Positions 1 to 9,424 of a stretch of DNA of 64,000 nucleotides are shown in pieces. Both the position numbers and the translations under genes were made by a program. Within the stretch, counting starts at the first letter, position 1. Each line of letters starts with the position of its first letter. The notes under the pieces were generated by a model, which saw nothing but the letters and a program-made list of their open reading frames with translations, did not search any database and was not told the DNA's origin. The stretch covers positions 20,926-84,925 of the forward strand of contig JBNKCR010000071.1 in the NCBI GenBank assembly GCA_050287845.1, written 5' to 3'. The stretch comes from Polyangia bacterium. Its GTDB lineage: Bacteria > Myxococcota_A > Polyangia > JAAYKL01.

Positions 1-7
1 AATTGCG

Positions 8-1498
8 ATGAAACTCGAAGCGGCAGAACGCGAAGTCACGCAGCAGACCATGCGTCAGCAATCTGATATGCAGAACATTCTGATGAATATCGCGACCAAC
101 TACATCAATGTGTCCATTGACGCGCTGGAATCCTCAATTCATAAAGCGCTTGGAGAAATGGCCCTTTTCGTTGGCGCCGATCGGGCGTATGTGTTTCGAT
201 ACAATCTGGCCCAGGGGACAGTGTCGAACACCAATGAATGGTGTCAGTTCGGCATTGAATCACAGAAGGAAGAGCTGCAGAACATTCCGTTGGAACGGGT
301 TAACCAATGGTTGAAGGCGCATCTGCAGGGACTGCCCATCAAGATTGATGTGGTCGCCGAAATGCCGGAAGGCGGCGTGCGGGATCTGCTGGAACAACAG
401 GGAATCAAGAGTGTACTTGCGGTGCCGATGATGCACGCCAGGGAACTGCTCGGTTATGTGGGGTTTGACTGGGTGAAAACAAAACATGTGTTCACCGACA
501 GAGAACTGGATTTGCTGAACCTGTTTTCTGAAATTCTGGTCAACATTCATTTGCGCTCGGAAGCCGACCGACAGCTGATTGCTAGTCGCAACCGGATGGA
601 GCTGGCGTTGCAGGGAACCAATTCGGGGCTATGGGACTGGCACATCCCCACCGGTGAAGTGGTGTTCAACGCCCGCTGGGCGGAGATGGTCGGATACACC
701 ATCACGGAGCTGGAGCCGACCAGTACCGGCACCTGGGAGCGATTGTGTCATCCGGACGACCTTCGGGAATCCGATAAGCGCATTGAATCGCATTTTCAGG
801 GACAATCCGACTTCTACGAATGCGAAACCCGGATGCGACACAAAAATGGCGAGTGGATTTGGGTGCTGGACCGCGGCAAGGTGGTGGAGTGGGATGAAAA
901 CGGAAAGCCGGTTCGAATGACAGGTACCCATCTGGACATCACCGAGCTGAAACGCGCACAGGCGCAGTTGCAACATATGGCCACCCACGATGAACTCACC
1001 GGTCTGCCAACGCGACGACTGGCTCAGGATCGCGGGCAGATGGCGATACAGCGTTCCACACGAAACCACAACTACACGGCATTTCTGTTCCTTGATTTGG
1101 ATGGATTTAAGTTGATCAATGACAATTATGGCCATGAAGTGGGGGACAGAATGCTGAAGGAAGTGGCCCGACGGCTGCTCGCTTCGGTTCGCAGAAGTGA
1201 TACGGTTGCCCGGATTGGCGGCGACGAATTTCTGATGATCCTGGACGCCTGTCAGGGGCAGTCCGACGCCAAACGAATCGCCAGGGCAGCCATTGAGTCC
1301 GTCACGAGGCCGGTCCAATTTGACAACTATCCCCGAATGAAAATCGGATGCAGTGTAGGCATATCCATATTCCCGAACGACGGCGACGATTTAGAGCAGC
1401 TTCTTCAGCGCGCGGATTTTGCCATGTATCGCGTCAAGGGCACGGGTAAGAATCATTATGAATTCGCAGGACCCGTGCACGCCACCCCCACCGCCTGA
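8..1498 (+). CDS. GAF-PAS-GGDEF diguanylate cyclase (probably 5'-truncated by the window edge)
   Basis: GAF-like N-part (GADRAYVF...SVLAVPM), PAS/PAC (GLWDW...HPDD...WIWVLDRG), intact GGDEF with upstream RxxD I-site (RRSD). The frame is open back to the window start. Confidence 0.92.
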   Translation: MKLEAAEREVTQQTMRQQSDMQNILMNIATNYINVSIDALESSIHKALGEMALFVGADRAYVFRYNLAQGTVSNTNEWCQFGIESQKEELQNIPLERVNQWLKAHLQGLPIKIDVVAEMPEGGVRDLLEQQGIKSVLAVPMMHARELLGYVGFDWVKTKHVFTDRELDLLNLFSEILVNIHLRSEADRQLIASRNRMELALQGTNSGLWDWHIPTGEVVFNARWAEMVGYTITELEPTSTGTWERLCHPDDLRESDKRIESHFQGQSDFYECETRMRHKNGEWIWVLDRGKVVEWDENGKPVRMTGTHLDITELKRAQAQLQHMATHDELTGLPTRRLAQDRGQMAIQRSTRNHNYTAFLFLDLDGFKLINDNYGHEVGDRMLKEVARRLLASVRRSDTVARIGGDEFLMILDACQGQSDAKRIARAAIESVTRPVQFDNYPRMKIGCSVGISIFPNDGDDLEQLLQRADFAMYRVKGTGKNHYEFAGPVHATPTA

Positions 1499-1582
1499 CA
1501 TCATCATATTGCGAGAGCGAGTCGAACCGTGTACACTGCTGGAGTTTCGGTTGGGGCCCCAAAATATATTCGGAGGAAGAAG

Positions 1583-2788
1583 ATGAAAAGTTATTTTAAA
1601 CAGTATCCTGATTACGATGGTTTTTTTGGCAAATACGGCGGCAGTTTTCTGCCACCTGATTTGCAGATTGAAGTGGATAAAATTACGGATGCATACTTTA
1701 CCATCAGCAAATCTCACAATTTCATTTCGGAACTGCGGAGCATTCGGAAACACTTTCAGGGGCGACCCACACCGGTATACTACTGCAATAAACTAAGTGA
1801 AATGACCGGCGGGCGCATTTATCTGAAACGGGAGGACCTCAACCATACTGGCGCGCACAAATTGAATCACTGCATGGGGGAGGCGCTGCTGGCAAAATAT
1901 ATGGGCAAAAAGAGACTTATTGCCGAAACCGGTGCTGGACAGCATGGGGTGGCGCTGGCCACTGCGGCGGCGTACTTCGGCCTGGAATGTGAAATTCATA
2001 TGGGAGAAGTCGACATTGAAAAGGAACATCCCAACGTTGTACGAATGAAAATTCTGGGCGCCGAAGTGGTGCCGGTGAGTCATGGACTGAAAACCCTCAA
2101 AGAGGCTGTGGACTCCGCATTCGACTCCTATCTGAAAGATCCGGTGACCACCATTTATTGTATTGGTTCGGTGGTGGGTCCACATCCATTTCCCATGATG
2201 GTCCGCGATTTTCAGCGCGTTGTGGGAATCGAAGCCAGGGAGCAGTATCTGGAGATGACCGGGGAGTTGCCGGACAATGTGGTGGCCTGTGTTGGCGGCG
2301 GCAGCAACGCCGCAGGTATTTTTTCGGCTTTTCTGGAAGAGAAGGATTGTACACTGTGGGGTGTGGAACCCGGTGGGGTGGGCGAAAACATAGGGGATCA
2401 TGCAGCTACCATGACCTACGGGGTGCGGGACGGTCTCATTCATGGATTCAAATGTTACAATCTGCAGAATGACGAAGGAGAGCCGTTGCCGGTATATTCG
2501 GTGGCAAGCGGTCTGGATTATCCGGGCGTGGGACCGGAACACTGCATGTTGAAGGACACCGAAAAAGTGAATTATGTGATTGCGAACGACAGGGAAGCAA
2601 TTGATGCCTTTTATACCCTCAGTCGAAAAGAAGGAATTATTCCCGCCCTTGAAAGCGCCCATGCGGTGGCCTATGCACTGAAGTTGGCAAAAGACAACCC
2701 CCGCCAGTCAATACTGGTGAATCTGAGCGGACGCGGCGATAAAGACATCGATTTCGTAGTCGACAAATACGGCCTGCCTGAGGATTGA
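1583..2788 (+). CDS. trpB: Tryptophan synthase beta chain (stand-alone paralogue)
   Basis: [18 protein letters not shown]-lysine motif, [43 protein letters not shown] precedes the ATG at 1583. Confidence 0.93.
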   Translation: MKSYFKQYPDYDGFFGKYGGSFLPPDLQIEVDKITDAYFTISKSHNFISELRSIRKHFQGRPTPVYYCNKLSEMTGGRIYLKREDLNHTGAHKLNHCMGEALLAKYMGKKRLIAETGAGQHGVALATAAAYFGLECEIHMGEVDIEKEHPNVVRMKILGAEVVPVSHGLKTLKEAVDSAFDSYLKDPVTTIYCIGSVVGPHPFPMMVRDFQRVVGIEAREQYLEMTGELPDNVVACVGGGSNAAGIFSAFLEEKDCTLWGVEPGGVGENIGDHAATMTYGVRDGLIHGFKCYNLQNDEGEPLPVYSVASGLDYPGVGPEHCMLKDTEKVNYVIANDREAIDAFYTLSRKEGIIPALESAHAVAYALKLAKDNPRQSILVNLSGRGDKDIDFVVDKYGLPED

Positions 2789-2950
2789 AATCCATTTTTA
2801 CAGTGTATTTTCAGTGTTGGCTGAAAGTATGCGCCTTATGAATTAATTATTTGGGTTTACCGAATCGGTTTCGTTGAGCTATTTCAATCTGTCATCGCAC
2901 TCTGTAACGTGTACGTAAACGAAACATAAATAGCCCAATGGAGTAAGAAA

Positions 2951-4348
2951 ATGATACAAAAACTAATTTTATGTTTAATGGCCAGTTGGGTACTGATATC
3001 CTGCGGCACGGAAGAATCGAGCGATCCGTCGGATAGCAATTCCAGCGATAGTGACACGGATACCGATACCGATACCGATACCGATTCGGATACGGATTCC
3101 GATACCGATTCGGACACCGACAGCGACACGGATACCGATTCGGACACCGACACCGACACCGACACGGATACCGACACGGATACCGATACGGATACGGATT
3201 CCGATTCGGATGCCTGCCAGTATGATTGCGTTCCTCACTGTGTTTCATGGGGTGGAGAAACGATGGATGGCACCTGTGACGACGGCTTGAAATGCTGCGA
3301 CGGATATACGGCCCCGGATGGGGATACCGATACGGATACCGACACGGATACGGACACCGATACGGACACGGATACCGACACGGATACGGACACCGATACG
3401 GACACCGATACGGACACCGATACGGACACCGATACGGACACCGATACGGACACCGGACCCTCATGCGGTATGCCCGCGTCGTTCCAGTGGACAGACTATG
3501 GCAGCCCGCTGGCACAGCCGAAAAATGGTTGGGTATCTCTCAAGGATTTCAGCACCTGCGGATACAATGACCAGATTCTGGTTTATTCCACCTATCACGA
3601 TGGTTCCAAGTATCACTCCCAGATGATGGTGTTCGATGACTGGTCGGGTATGGGTAGCGCAGCGCAGAATGATCTGCCTTTTGATTCCGTTGCACCAACC
3701 ATTACTTATTTCGCCCCGAAGGATATCTGGATTCTGGCGTATCAGTGGTGTTCCGCGAAATTTTGTTATCGGACCTCGACTGATCCCACTAATCCGAATT
3801 CGTGGGGAAATGAGCAATCCCTGTTGCAGGAAGATATTACCAATGCCCAGTATGGTCCCATCGATCAGGAAATCATCTGCGACGATGACACCTGCTATCT
3901 TTTCTACAACGCCGACAACGGACATGTGTATCGTGCATCGATGCCCATCGGTAATTTCCCGGGCAATTTCAGCGGTTCGAAGGATATTCTGAACAACAAT
4001 GCTTATTTTGAAGCGATGCAGGTATATACGGTGAAGGGAACCGGCAAATACCTCATGATTATTGAAAACAATGGAAACCCCCGCGCCTTTTCGTATCTGA
4101 CATCCGACAGTCTGGGCGGCAACTGGACACCGGGAGGAAATTTCGCTTCTAAAGCCAATTCCACTTTCAGCGATAACTGGACCTCCGACATCAGCCATGG
4201 TGACATTTTCCGGGAAAATCCCGACCAGACGCATACCATTGATCCATGCCATCTGGAGCTGCTCTACCAGGGCCGCGACCCGAACGCGAATTCCAGCTAC
4301 GACACGCGCCCCTATCGTCCGGGCCTGCTCACCATGACCCAGAACTGA
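2951..4348 (+). CDS. Lipoprotein alpha-L-arabinofuranosidase, GH62, with DT linkers and a Cys-rich module
   Basis: Lipobox VLISC. GH62 motifs WVSLKDFS, APTITYFAPKDIWILAYQW, FEAMQVY, ISHGDIFR, DQTHTIDPC, LLYQGRDP, PYRPGLLT. Confidence 0.88.
   Translation: MIQKLILCLMASWVLISCGTEESSDPSDSNSSDSDTDTDTDTDTDSDTDSDTDSDTDSDTDTDSDTDTDTDTDTDTDTDTDTDSDSDACQYDCVPHCVSWGGETMDGTCDDGLKCCDGYTAPDGDTDTDTDTDTDTDTDTDTDTDTDTDTDTDTDTDTDTDTDTDTDTGPSCGMPASFQWTDYGSPLAQPKNGWVSLKDFSTCGYNDQILVYSTYHDGSKYHSQMMVFDDWSGMGSAAQNDLPFDSVAPTITYFAPKDIWILAYQWCSAKFCYRTSTDPTNPNSWGNEQSLLQEDITNAQYGPIDQEIICDDDTCYLFYNADNGHVYRASMPIGNFPGNFSGSKDILNNNAYFEAMQVYTVKGTGKYLMIIENNGNPRAFSYLTSDSLGGNWTPGGNFASKANSTFSDNWTSDISHGDIFRENPDQTHTIDPCHLELLYQGRDPNANSSYDTRPYRPGLLTMTQN
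3047..3211 (+). repeat. Coding (DT/DS)n dipeptide repeat, first tract
   Basis: About 55 codons of alternating Asp and Thr/Ser with mixed synonymous codons. Confidence 0.95.
3323..3454 (+). repeat. Coding (DT)22 dipeptide repeat, second tract
   Basis: 132 nt, largely built from GATACG/GACACC/GACACG/GATACC hexamers. Confidence 0.95.
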
Positions 4349-4392
4349 ATGCTCCCCCTGTCCCGGTCCGGGGTATGGAATGGCCTGTTTTC

Positions 4393-6651
4393 TTAATCCA
4401 CCAGTTCAATCTCGAGATAGGCCACAAATGTGTACGAGTAGTCGTCAATGGCTTCAGAGCGACCGGCTGCCACCATGGAGAGGCCGCCGTCGGTGATTTC
4501 CATGGTGACGCTTCGCTCGATGAGGGTCCGGTCTGCGGTGGTGGGTTCATCGTCCACCACGTCCACCCCCTCGATGGACACGTTGTGAGGTTGACCTTCG
4601 TAGGCGCGTCCCGCCATGCCCACCCCCACGGTGATGGTATAGGTGCCGGGGGATAAATCAAATTCGAACAGATTGTCCCGGCCGTAGTCGTCGTAAATGT
4701 ACGAACGTTGAACATCATTGAAGCCATCTGCGATGGCGTATCCGGTGAGCAGAATGCCGTCGTTCCCCATGTATTCGCCGCTCCAGCCATACCCCAGGTT
4801 GGCATCGTACGGGTCCCATCCAATTTTCATGTACTCTTTACCATCCACCACCAGGGGAGTGGCGGTCGGTTCGCCCAGGGGATCCTGAAAATTGATGTAG
4901 TAGTTGCCGGCTGGTCGGGAGGACTGAACCTCGAGAACCGGCAGGGTGTCGGTGCTGCCCTCGATATACCGTCCCAGCTGACGACGGACGGCCATCAGTG
5001 CATCGACATCTTTGGTCCAGCTTACCATGGATGCAGCTACGGAGCTGACCGTGGCATCCAGCGGTACCGACGTGTTCACCCGGGGATGTGCACCTCCGTT
5101 GGCGAGCCAGAGATACTCATAGTCTTCAAATCCTTCCCGGAGCAACTCCGCCCGAACACCGGGATTACCATGGTCATCGAAGAAGCGTCCGGCATCGTAG
5201 TACGCCCATCCGGTGATGCGATGACTGAATGCCGCCCATGGAATGATGCGCTGATTCATCCCCTGGTTGTCCACTCTGGTGGGATTGAAATACGGTTCCG
5301 GGTCCTGGTCCAGCGAATAGAACCACACCTGCTCTCCATGGGCTGCCTGACGCTGCCATGCGTAATCCTGTTTGTACGCCCGCACATGCGCTATCCAGAT
5401 ATCGTAGCCGCAATCACCGTTTGAATCTTCGGCGATGGAGGGTTTGGGTTCCTCACTCACCGCGATTCGCAGGTGGGGCGCCGCGGCTCTGGTCAGCCTG
5501 CAGAGATGGGCGGCAAGGGATTCGTCCTCGGGGTTCTGGGGCTCATTCTGCACATAGTAGTACGCCCTGTTATCCATGCCGTGGTCAACAATGTAGTTGT
5601 CCAGCGCGTTCAGCCAGTCAGACCACTCTGCATTGTACGCAGCGGTGCCATAGTGATCGCCGCGAGATACACCGCAGAATGTGTCCGGACGCGGCGTGCT
5701 GTTGTCAACGAATTGAAAAAGCATGGCATTGGGAAATCCGATGCCGTTCCAGCCCTCGCCCAGAATGTACTTCCGGGAGAGGGTACCAATGGAATACGCA
5801 GCGTCTTCATCGGGCTCATCGTAGAACTGGCTGCATGGGGATGGTGCGCGGCTGTTCTCCCAGGTGATACCCCAGTTGAATCCGCTCGGCCAGGCAACAC
5901 TTTTGGGGGTCATCCGATGTTGGAAGAGCATGGTTTTCACCCCCGGCTCGGTTCGGGTTTCCATGAGGGATTGGATGCTGATGTTCATCTGAGTGGCGAA
6001 ATGGATTTCATCCGGCAGGTCAAAATCAAACACATATAAATGCAGCGGCACGTCGATTGATGTGCTGTTGCGCGTAACGGTGATGATGCCTTCATGGGCT
6101 CCGGGGGATGCGCCTTTGGGAACATATGCGGTCAGCCACACCGGCACAGGAGTCTGGATATTGAGGGAAACTTCACTGCCATTTTCCACGGGACGGAGCC
6201 TTTCCACCCACCCGGAGTCATATTCGGCAACGGCCAGCTGTATCTCCAGATTGGTCAGGTTGCTGAAACCGGACACCGATATCCCGGCGGCGCCAGCTAC
6301 CGGGCCGAGAATCAGCTGTACGGATTCAAACTCGTTTCCGGCGGCGCTCAGGGAAATACCGGATTGGGTTGCCTCCGGCGGTCTGGCGCCCTCGGTCAAC
6401 TTATTCGTCACCGGCGTAGTCCATATGGGAAAATCAGATGGGGACTCGCTCAACAGATACGTGAATTCGCCCGAAGCCACCTGTGTGGGGGTGTCGGGGG
6501 TCTGATTGGCGGTGTCGTCCGTGCCGTTCTCGCCAGGGGCTTCGGACGTCCCGCTTTCCTTGTCGCCGCATCCCGGGATGAACATCAGTAATATCAGAAT
6601 CAGGGGGGGCAAAAACTGAAAAATCGTGCCGCAATTTGGTTCACCTGTCAT
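4393..6651 (-). CDS. DUF4091 (GH123-like) glycoside hydrolase lipoprotein with C-terminal galactose-binding-like beta-sandwich
   Basis: Lipobox-like FIPGC, AAGNEFESVQL and PVWLTAYVP N-terminal motifs, VFDFDLP, QNEP, DUF4091 motif RAELLREGFEDYEYL. C-terminal YINFQ...GYGW...DLSPGTYTITVGVG domain. Confidence 0.7.
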   Translation of the reverse strand: MTGEPNCGTIFQFLPPLILILLMFIPGCGDKESGTSEAPGENGTDDTANQTPDTPTQVASGEFTYLLSESPSDFPIWTTPVTNKLTEGARPPEATQSGISLSAAGNEFESVQLILGPVAGAAGISVSGFSNLTNLEIQLAVAEYDSGWVERLRPVENGSEVSLNIQTPVPVWLTAYVPKGASPGAHEGIITVTRNSTSIDVPLHLYVFDFDLPDEIHFATQMNISIQSLMETRTEPGVKTMLFQHRMTPKSVAWPSGFNWGITWENSRAPSPCSQFYDEPDEDAAYSIGTLSRKYILGEGWNGIGFPNAMLFQFVDNSTPRPDTFCGVSRGDHYGTAAYNAEWSDWLNALDNYIVDHGMDNRAYYYVQNEPQNPEDESLAAHLCRLTRAAAPHLRIAVSEEPKPSIAEDSNGDCGYDIWIAHVRAYKQDYAWQRQAAHGEQVWFYSLDQDPEPYFNPTRVDNQGMNQRIIPWAAFSHRITGWAYYDAGRFFDDHGNPGVRAELLREGFEDYEYLWLANGGAHPRVNTSVPLDATVSSVAASMVSWTKDVDALMAVRRQLGRYIEGSTDTLPVLEVQSSRPAGNYYINFQDPLGEPTATPLVVDGKEYMKIGWDPYDANLGYGWSGEYMGNDGILLTGYAIADGFNDVQRSYIYDDYGRDNLFEFDLSPGTYTITVGVGMAGRAYEGQPHNVSIEGVDVVDDEPTTADRTLIERSVTMEITDGGLSMVAAGRSEAIDDYSYTFVAYLEIELVD

Positions 6652-6829
6652 TTTTTCCTCCGATGTATTCCATTATGTCCGCAGACTTTCAAGGGCACAA
6701 GAAAAGGTGAGCGAAAAACATGAAGGATATCGATTACAGTCATGGCGGATTTGGAATCTGCTTTGTTCAGCGTGCCGAATGCGTTAGAGTTAAACGAAAC
6801 CGTGCTTGCGTTATTAGCTTAGGAGGAAA

Positions 6830-8968
6830 ATGATGACACTTGGCCAACGGCATATTCCTGCGTTGATTTCATTTCTGACATGTCTTTCTGTTTTCGGATG
6901 TGGAGATAACTCACTACCTCAACTGGCTGGTTGCGTGGGCGCGGCGGATTGCCCGGATGTAGAATCCGATGCGGATTCGGACAGTGACTCCGATTCGGAC
7001 GGGGACAGTGACAGTGACAGTGATTCAGACGGCGACAGCGACAGTGACTCGGATGGGGACAGTGACAGTGATTCCGATGGCGACAGTGATTCAGATGGAG
7101 ACAGTGACAGCGATTCCGACAGCGACAGTGACTCAGATGGGGACAGTGACAGCGATTCCGATGGGGACAGTGATTCCGATTCGGACTCTGATACGGAAGA
7201 GGAAGTGGAACCCCTCGAAATTCGGGAGTGCGGCGCGCTCGAAAATGGCTCGGGCGGAGGAAATCTGACATTTCGGATGAATCACCTGGGCTTTGATGCG
7301 GATGGCGGAAAATCCATTGTCATTGAAGGGTCGGACTCCCTGAGCACGTTCCAGATTGTGAACGGCAGCGATACCGTGGTGGCCTGCGGTGACCTCGAGA
7401 AACAATCCTTCAACGAATGGGGCGGCAGCACCTATTATGTGGCCGAGTTCAGTTATCTCCAGGAGCCCGGCACATATCGGATTCTCGCTGGCGGCCAGTT
7501 TTCTGACAGTTTTGAAATCGATGATGACTTATTGTTTAAAAAGACAATCTCTGACGTGATCGGATACTTCAACCAGTCCAGAGCCGACAACGGTGACGTG
7601 ATGTCTGCAGACAGCAACGTGCCCAAATATGGTGGAGGCGGCAATGTGGACGTCCACGGCGGCTGGTATGATGCCTCGGGGGATATTTCCAAGTATCTCT
7701 CTCACCTCAGCTACGCCAATTTTGTCAATCCCCAGCAGATTCCCCTGGTTGCGTGGGCCATGGCCTATGCATACGACGAAGCCGGAGATGCGCTGGACAG
7801 CAAAGGCGAACGCAATGCGGCCCTGAGCGAAGCCAAATGGGGGGCGGATTATCTGGTACGGGTGTTGGATCCTGCTGGATTCTTCTATATTAATGTATTT
7901 GATGGATGGACCGGTAAACTGGATCAACGGGAAGTCTGCTCGTTCACCGGCGAAACCGGTGATAAAAGTGCCGATTATCAGGCGGCGTTTCGCGAGGGGG
8001 GCGGTATGTCCATTGCGGCGCTGGCACGCGTTTCCACATTCAACAGCGATGGCGATTTCAGTTCGGCGGACTATCTGAATGCTGCCCAAAAAGGGTTCGA
8101 ACATCTGGAAGCCAATGGGGCGAAATACTGCGACGACGGAAAGGAAAACGTTATCGACGACTACACCGCGCTGTTGGCCGCAACTGAATTGTACGCAGCG
8201 ACAAACGATGACGGATATCTGGATGCCGCCCGCAAGCGCGCAGACAACCTGGCCGGTCGGCTGCACTCCGATGGATATTTCATTGCCGACAGTGGCAGTC
8301 GCCCCTTCTGGCATGCCTCTGACGCCGGGTTGCCGGTGGTGGCCCTGGCCCGATATGTGGAACTGGAAACCGATGCTGGAAAAAGAGACGATGCCCGGGA
8401 TACGATTGCCAGACATCTGGCCTATCTGCTGGAGGTGACCTCAAACACCGCGAATCCCTTTGGATATGCCCGGCAGACATTCAATTCCGGTGGTCGGGTC
8501 CAGGACGGCTTCTTTATTCCCCACGACAATGAAACCGGATACTGGTGGCAGGGTGAGAGCGCCCGGTTGTCGTCCCTGGCGGCGGCGCTGGTGATTGGCG
8601 AACGGGCCATCGGTAAACAGGGACATTATCACGGTACCATCCACGATGCGGCAGTGTATTCCGCCAATCAGCTGGACTGGGTTCTGGGTAAAAATCCCTA
8701 TGATATCTGTTTCATGCACGGATACGGCCGGAACAATCCGCCGGCGTACGGGGGGGAAAAGGTAGAGTTTGGCCACATGGCGTACAGTGGCGGGATTTCG
8801 AATGGCATCACCGGAAGTGAAAGCAACGGTTCCGGCATCCTGTGGGCGCCTGATCCGGGCATGGATGAATGGGGAGACCCGATGTGGTGGCTGCAGTGGC
8901 GCTGGGTGGAGCAGTGGCTCCCCCACAGCTCATGGTATCTCATTGCCACCGCCGCCATGACCAGATAG
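6830..8968 (+). CDS. GH9 lipoprotein (exo-beta-glucosaminidase / glucan glucohydrolase-like subfamily) with DS linker
   Basis: AGGAGG RBS, lipobox VFGC, Ig-like CelD_N (NHLGF), [44 protein letters not shown]. Confidence 0.88.
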   Translation: MMTLGQRHIPALISFLTCLSVFGCGDNSLPQLAGCVGAADCPDVESDADSDSDSDSDGDSDSDSDSDGDSDSDSDGDSDSDSDGDSDSDGDSDSDSDSDSDSDGDSDSDSDGDSDSDSDSDTEEEVEPLEIRECGALENGSGGGNLTFRMNHLGFDADGGKSIVIEGSDSLSTFQIVNGSDTVVACGDLEKQSFNEWGGSTYYVAEFSYLQEPGTYRILAGGQFSDSFEIDDDLLFKKTISDVIGYFNQSRADNGDVMSADSNVPKYGGGGNVDVHGGWYDASGDISKYLSHLSYANFVNPQQIPLVAWAMAYAYDEAGDALDSKGERNAALSEAKWGADYLVRVLDPAGFFYINVFDGWTGKLDQREVCSFTGETGDKSADYQAAFREGGGMSIAALARVSTFNSDGDFSSADYLNAAQKGFEHLEANGAKYCDDGKENVIDDYTALLAATELYAATNDDGYLDAARKRADNLAGRLHSDGYFIADSGSRPFWHASDAGLPVVALARYVELETDAGKRDDARDTIARHLAYLLEVTSNTANPFGYARQTFNSGGRVQDGFFIPHDNETGYWWQGESARLSSLAAALVIGERAIGKQGHYHGTIHDAAVYSANQLDWVLGKNPYDICFMHGYGRNNPPAYGGEKVEFGHMAYSGGISNGITGSESNGSGILWAPDPGMDEWGDPMWWLQWRWVEQWLPHSSWYLIATAAMTR
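6968..7195 (+). repeat. Coding (DS/DG)n dipeptide repeat
   Basis: About 76 codons of [10 protein letters not shown] with diversified codons. Confidence 0.95.
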
Positions 8969-8982
8969 GTCCCGGCGATCAG

Positions 8983-9192
8983 TTACTGGAGTTCGTCCAT
9001 TTTGTGATGATCCATTTTTCCCACAACATTGCCGTTTTCGTCAAAAACGAAAACCAGTTCTTCACTGAGGTGCATGGGTTCGGGTACCCGTGCCGGTCCA
9101 TCCGCTTTCAGCATCTCCGGTTCATCCGGGGTGATGCTGATTGAATTGCCTTTTGATATAACAACAATTTTGTTGGTGATGACTTTTCCCAT
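8983..9192 (-). CDS. Small hypothetical protein (69 aa)
   Basis: GAGGGGG RBS before MGKVIT. Fills the gap between the GH9 gene and the transporter. No recognisable motif. Confidence 0.45.
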   Translation of the reverse strand: MGKVITNKIVVISKGNSISITPDEPEMLKADGPARVPEPMHLSEELVFVFDENGNVVGKMDHHKMDELQ

Positions 9193-9424
9193 TGAAGCCC
9201 CCTCTCCGGACATTAATCGGCGAGCTGCGGATATACTTTAGCCGGGTTGTGGCGGTAAATGCCATCACGGTCATTTTTTTTGGAGTATCGTTATCAGAGC
9301 GATCATGGTATGGTCCGGCCCAGATTGTGCAGGACAATTCCTGTTTCACACATACATTTGCAGGTGACGAGAATCCATCGATGAACCATTCAATGGGCTC
9401 TCTTCCTGATTTCTGGAGAGCGAC

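Noticed and set aside
2818..2832. TGGC-N-ATGC possible sigma-54 promoter upstream of GH62
   Set aside because: Weak match to TGGCAC-N5-TTGC, and it overlaps a hairpin after trpB that could equally be a terminator.
3047..3454. Tandem repeats as a possible CRISPR array or non-coding VNTR
   Set aside because: The units are 6/12 nt with no unique spacers, lie in frame within a CDS, and vary mostly synonymously.
2884..3626. Alternative-frame ORFs with SVSVSV, RIRIPI or CPYRCPYR repeats (also near 6819-7405)
   Set aside because: They are shadows of the DT/DS repeats, which lack stops in other frames. The real frame has the lipobox and GH domain.
629..8416. Long antisense ORFs (e.g. 629-1318, 1793-2662, 3461-4252, 7529-8416)
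   Set aside because: They are fully antisense to well-supported genes and have no motifs, as expected from codon bias in GC-rich DNA.
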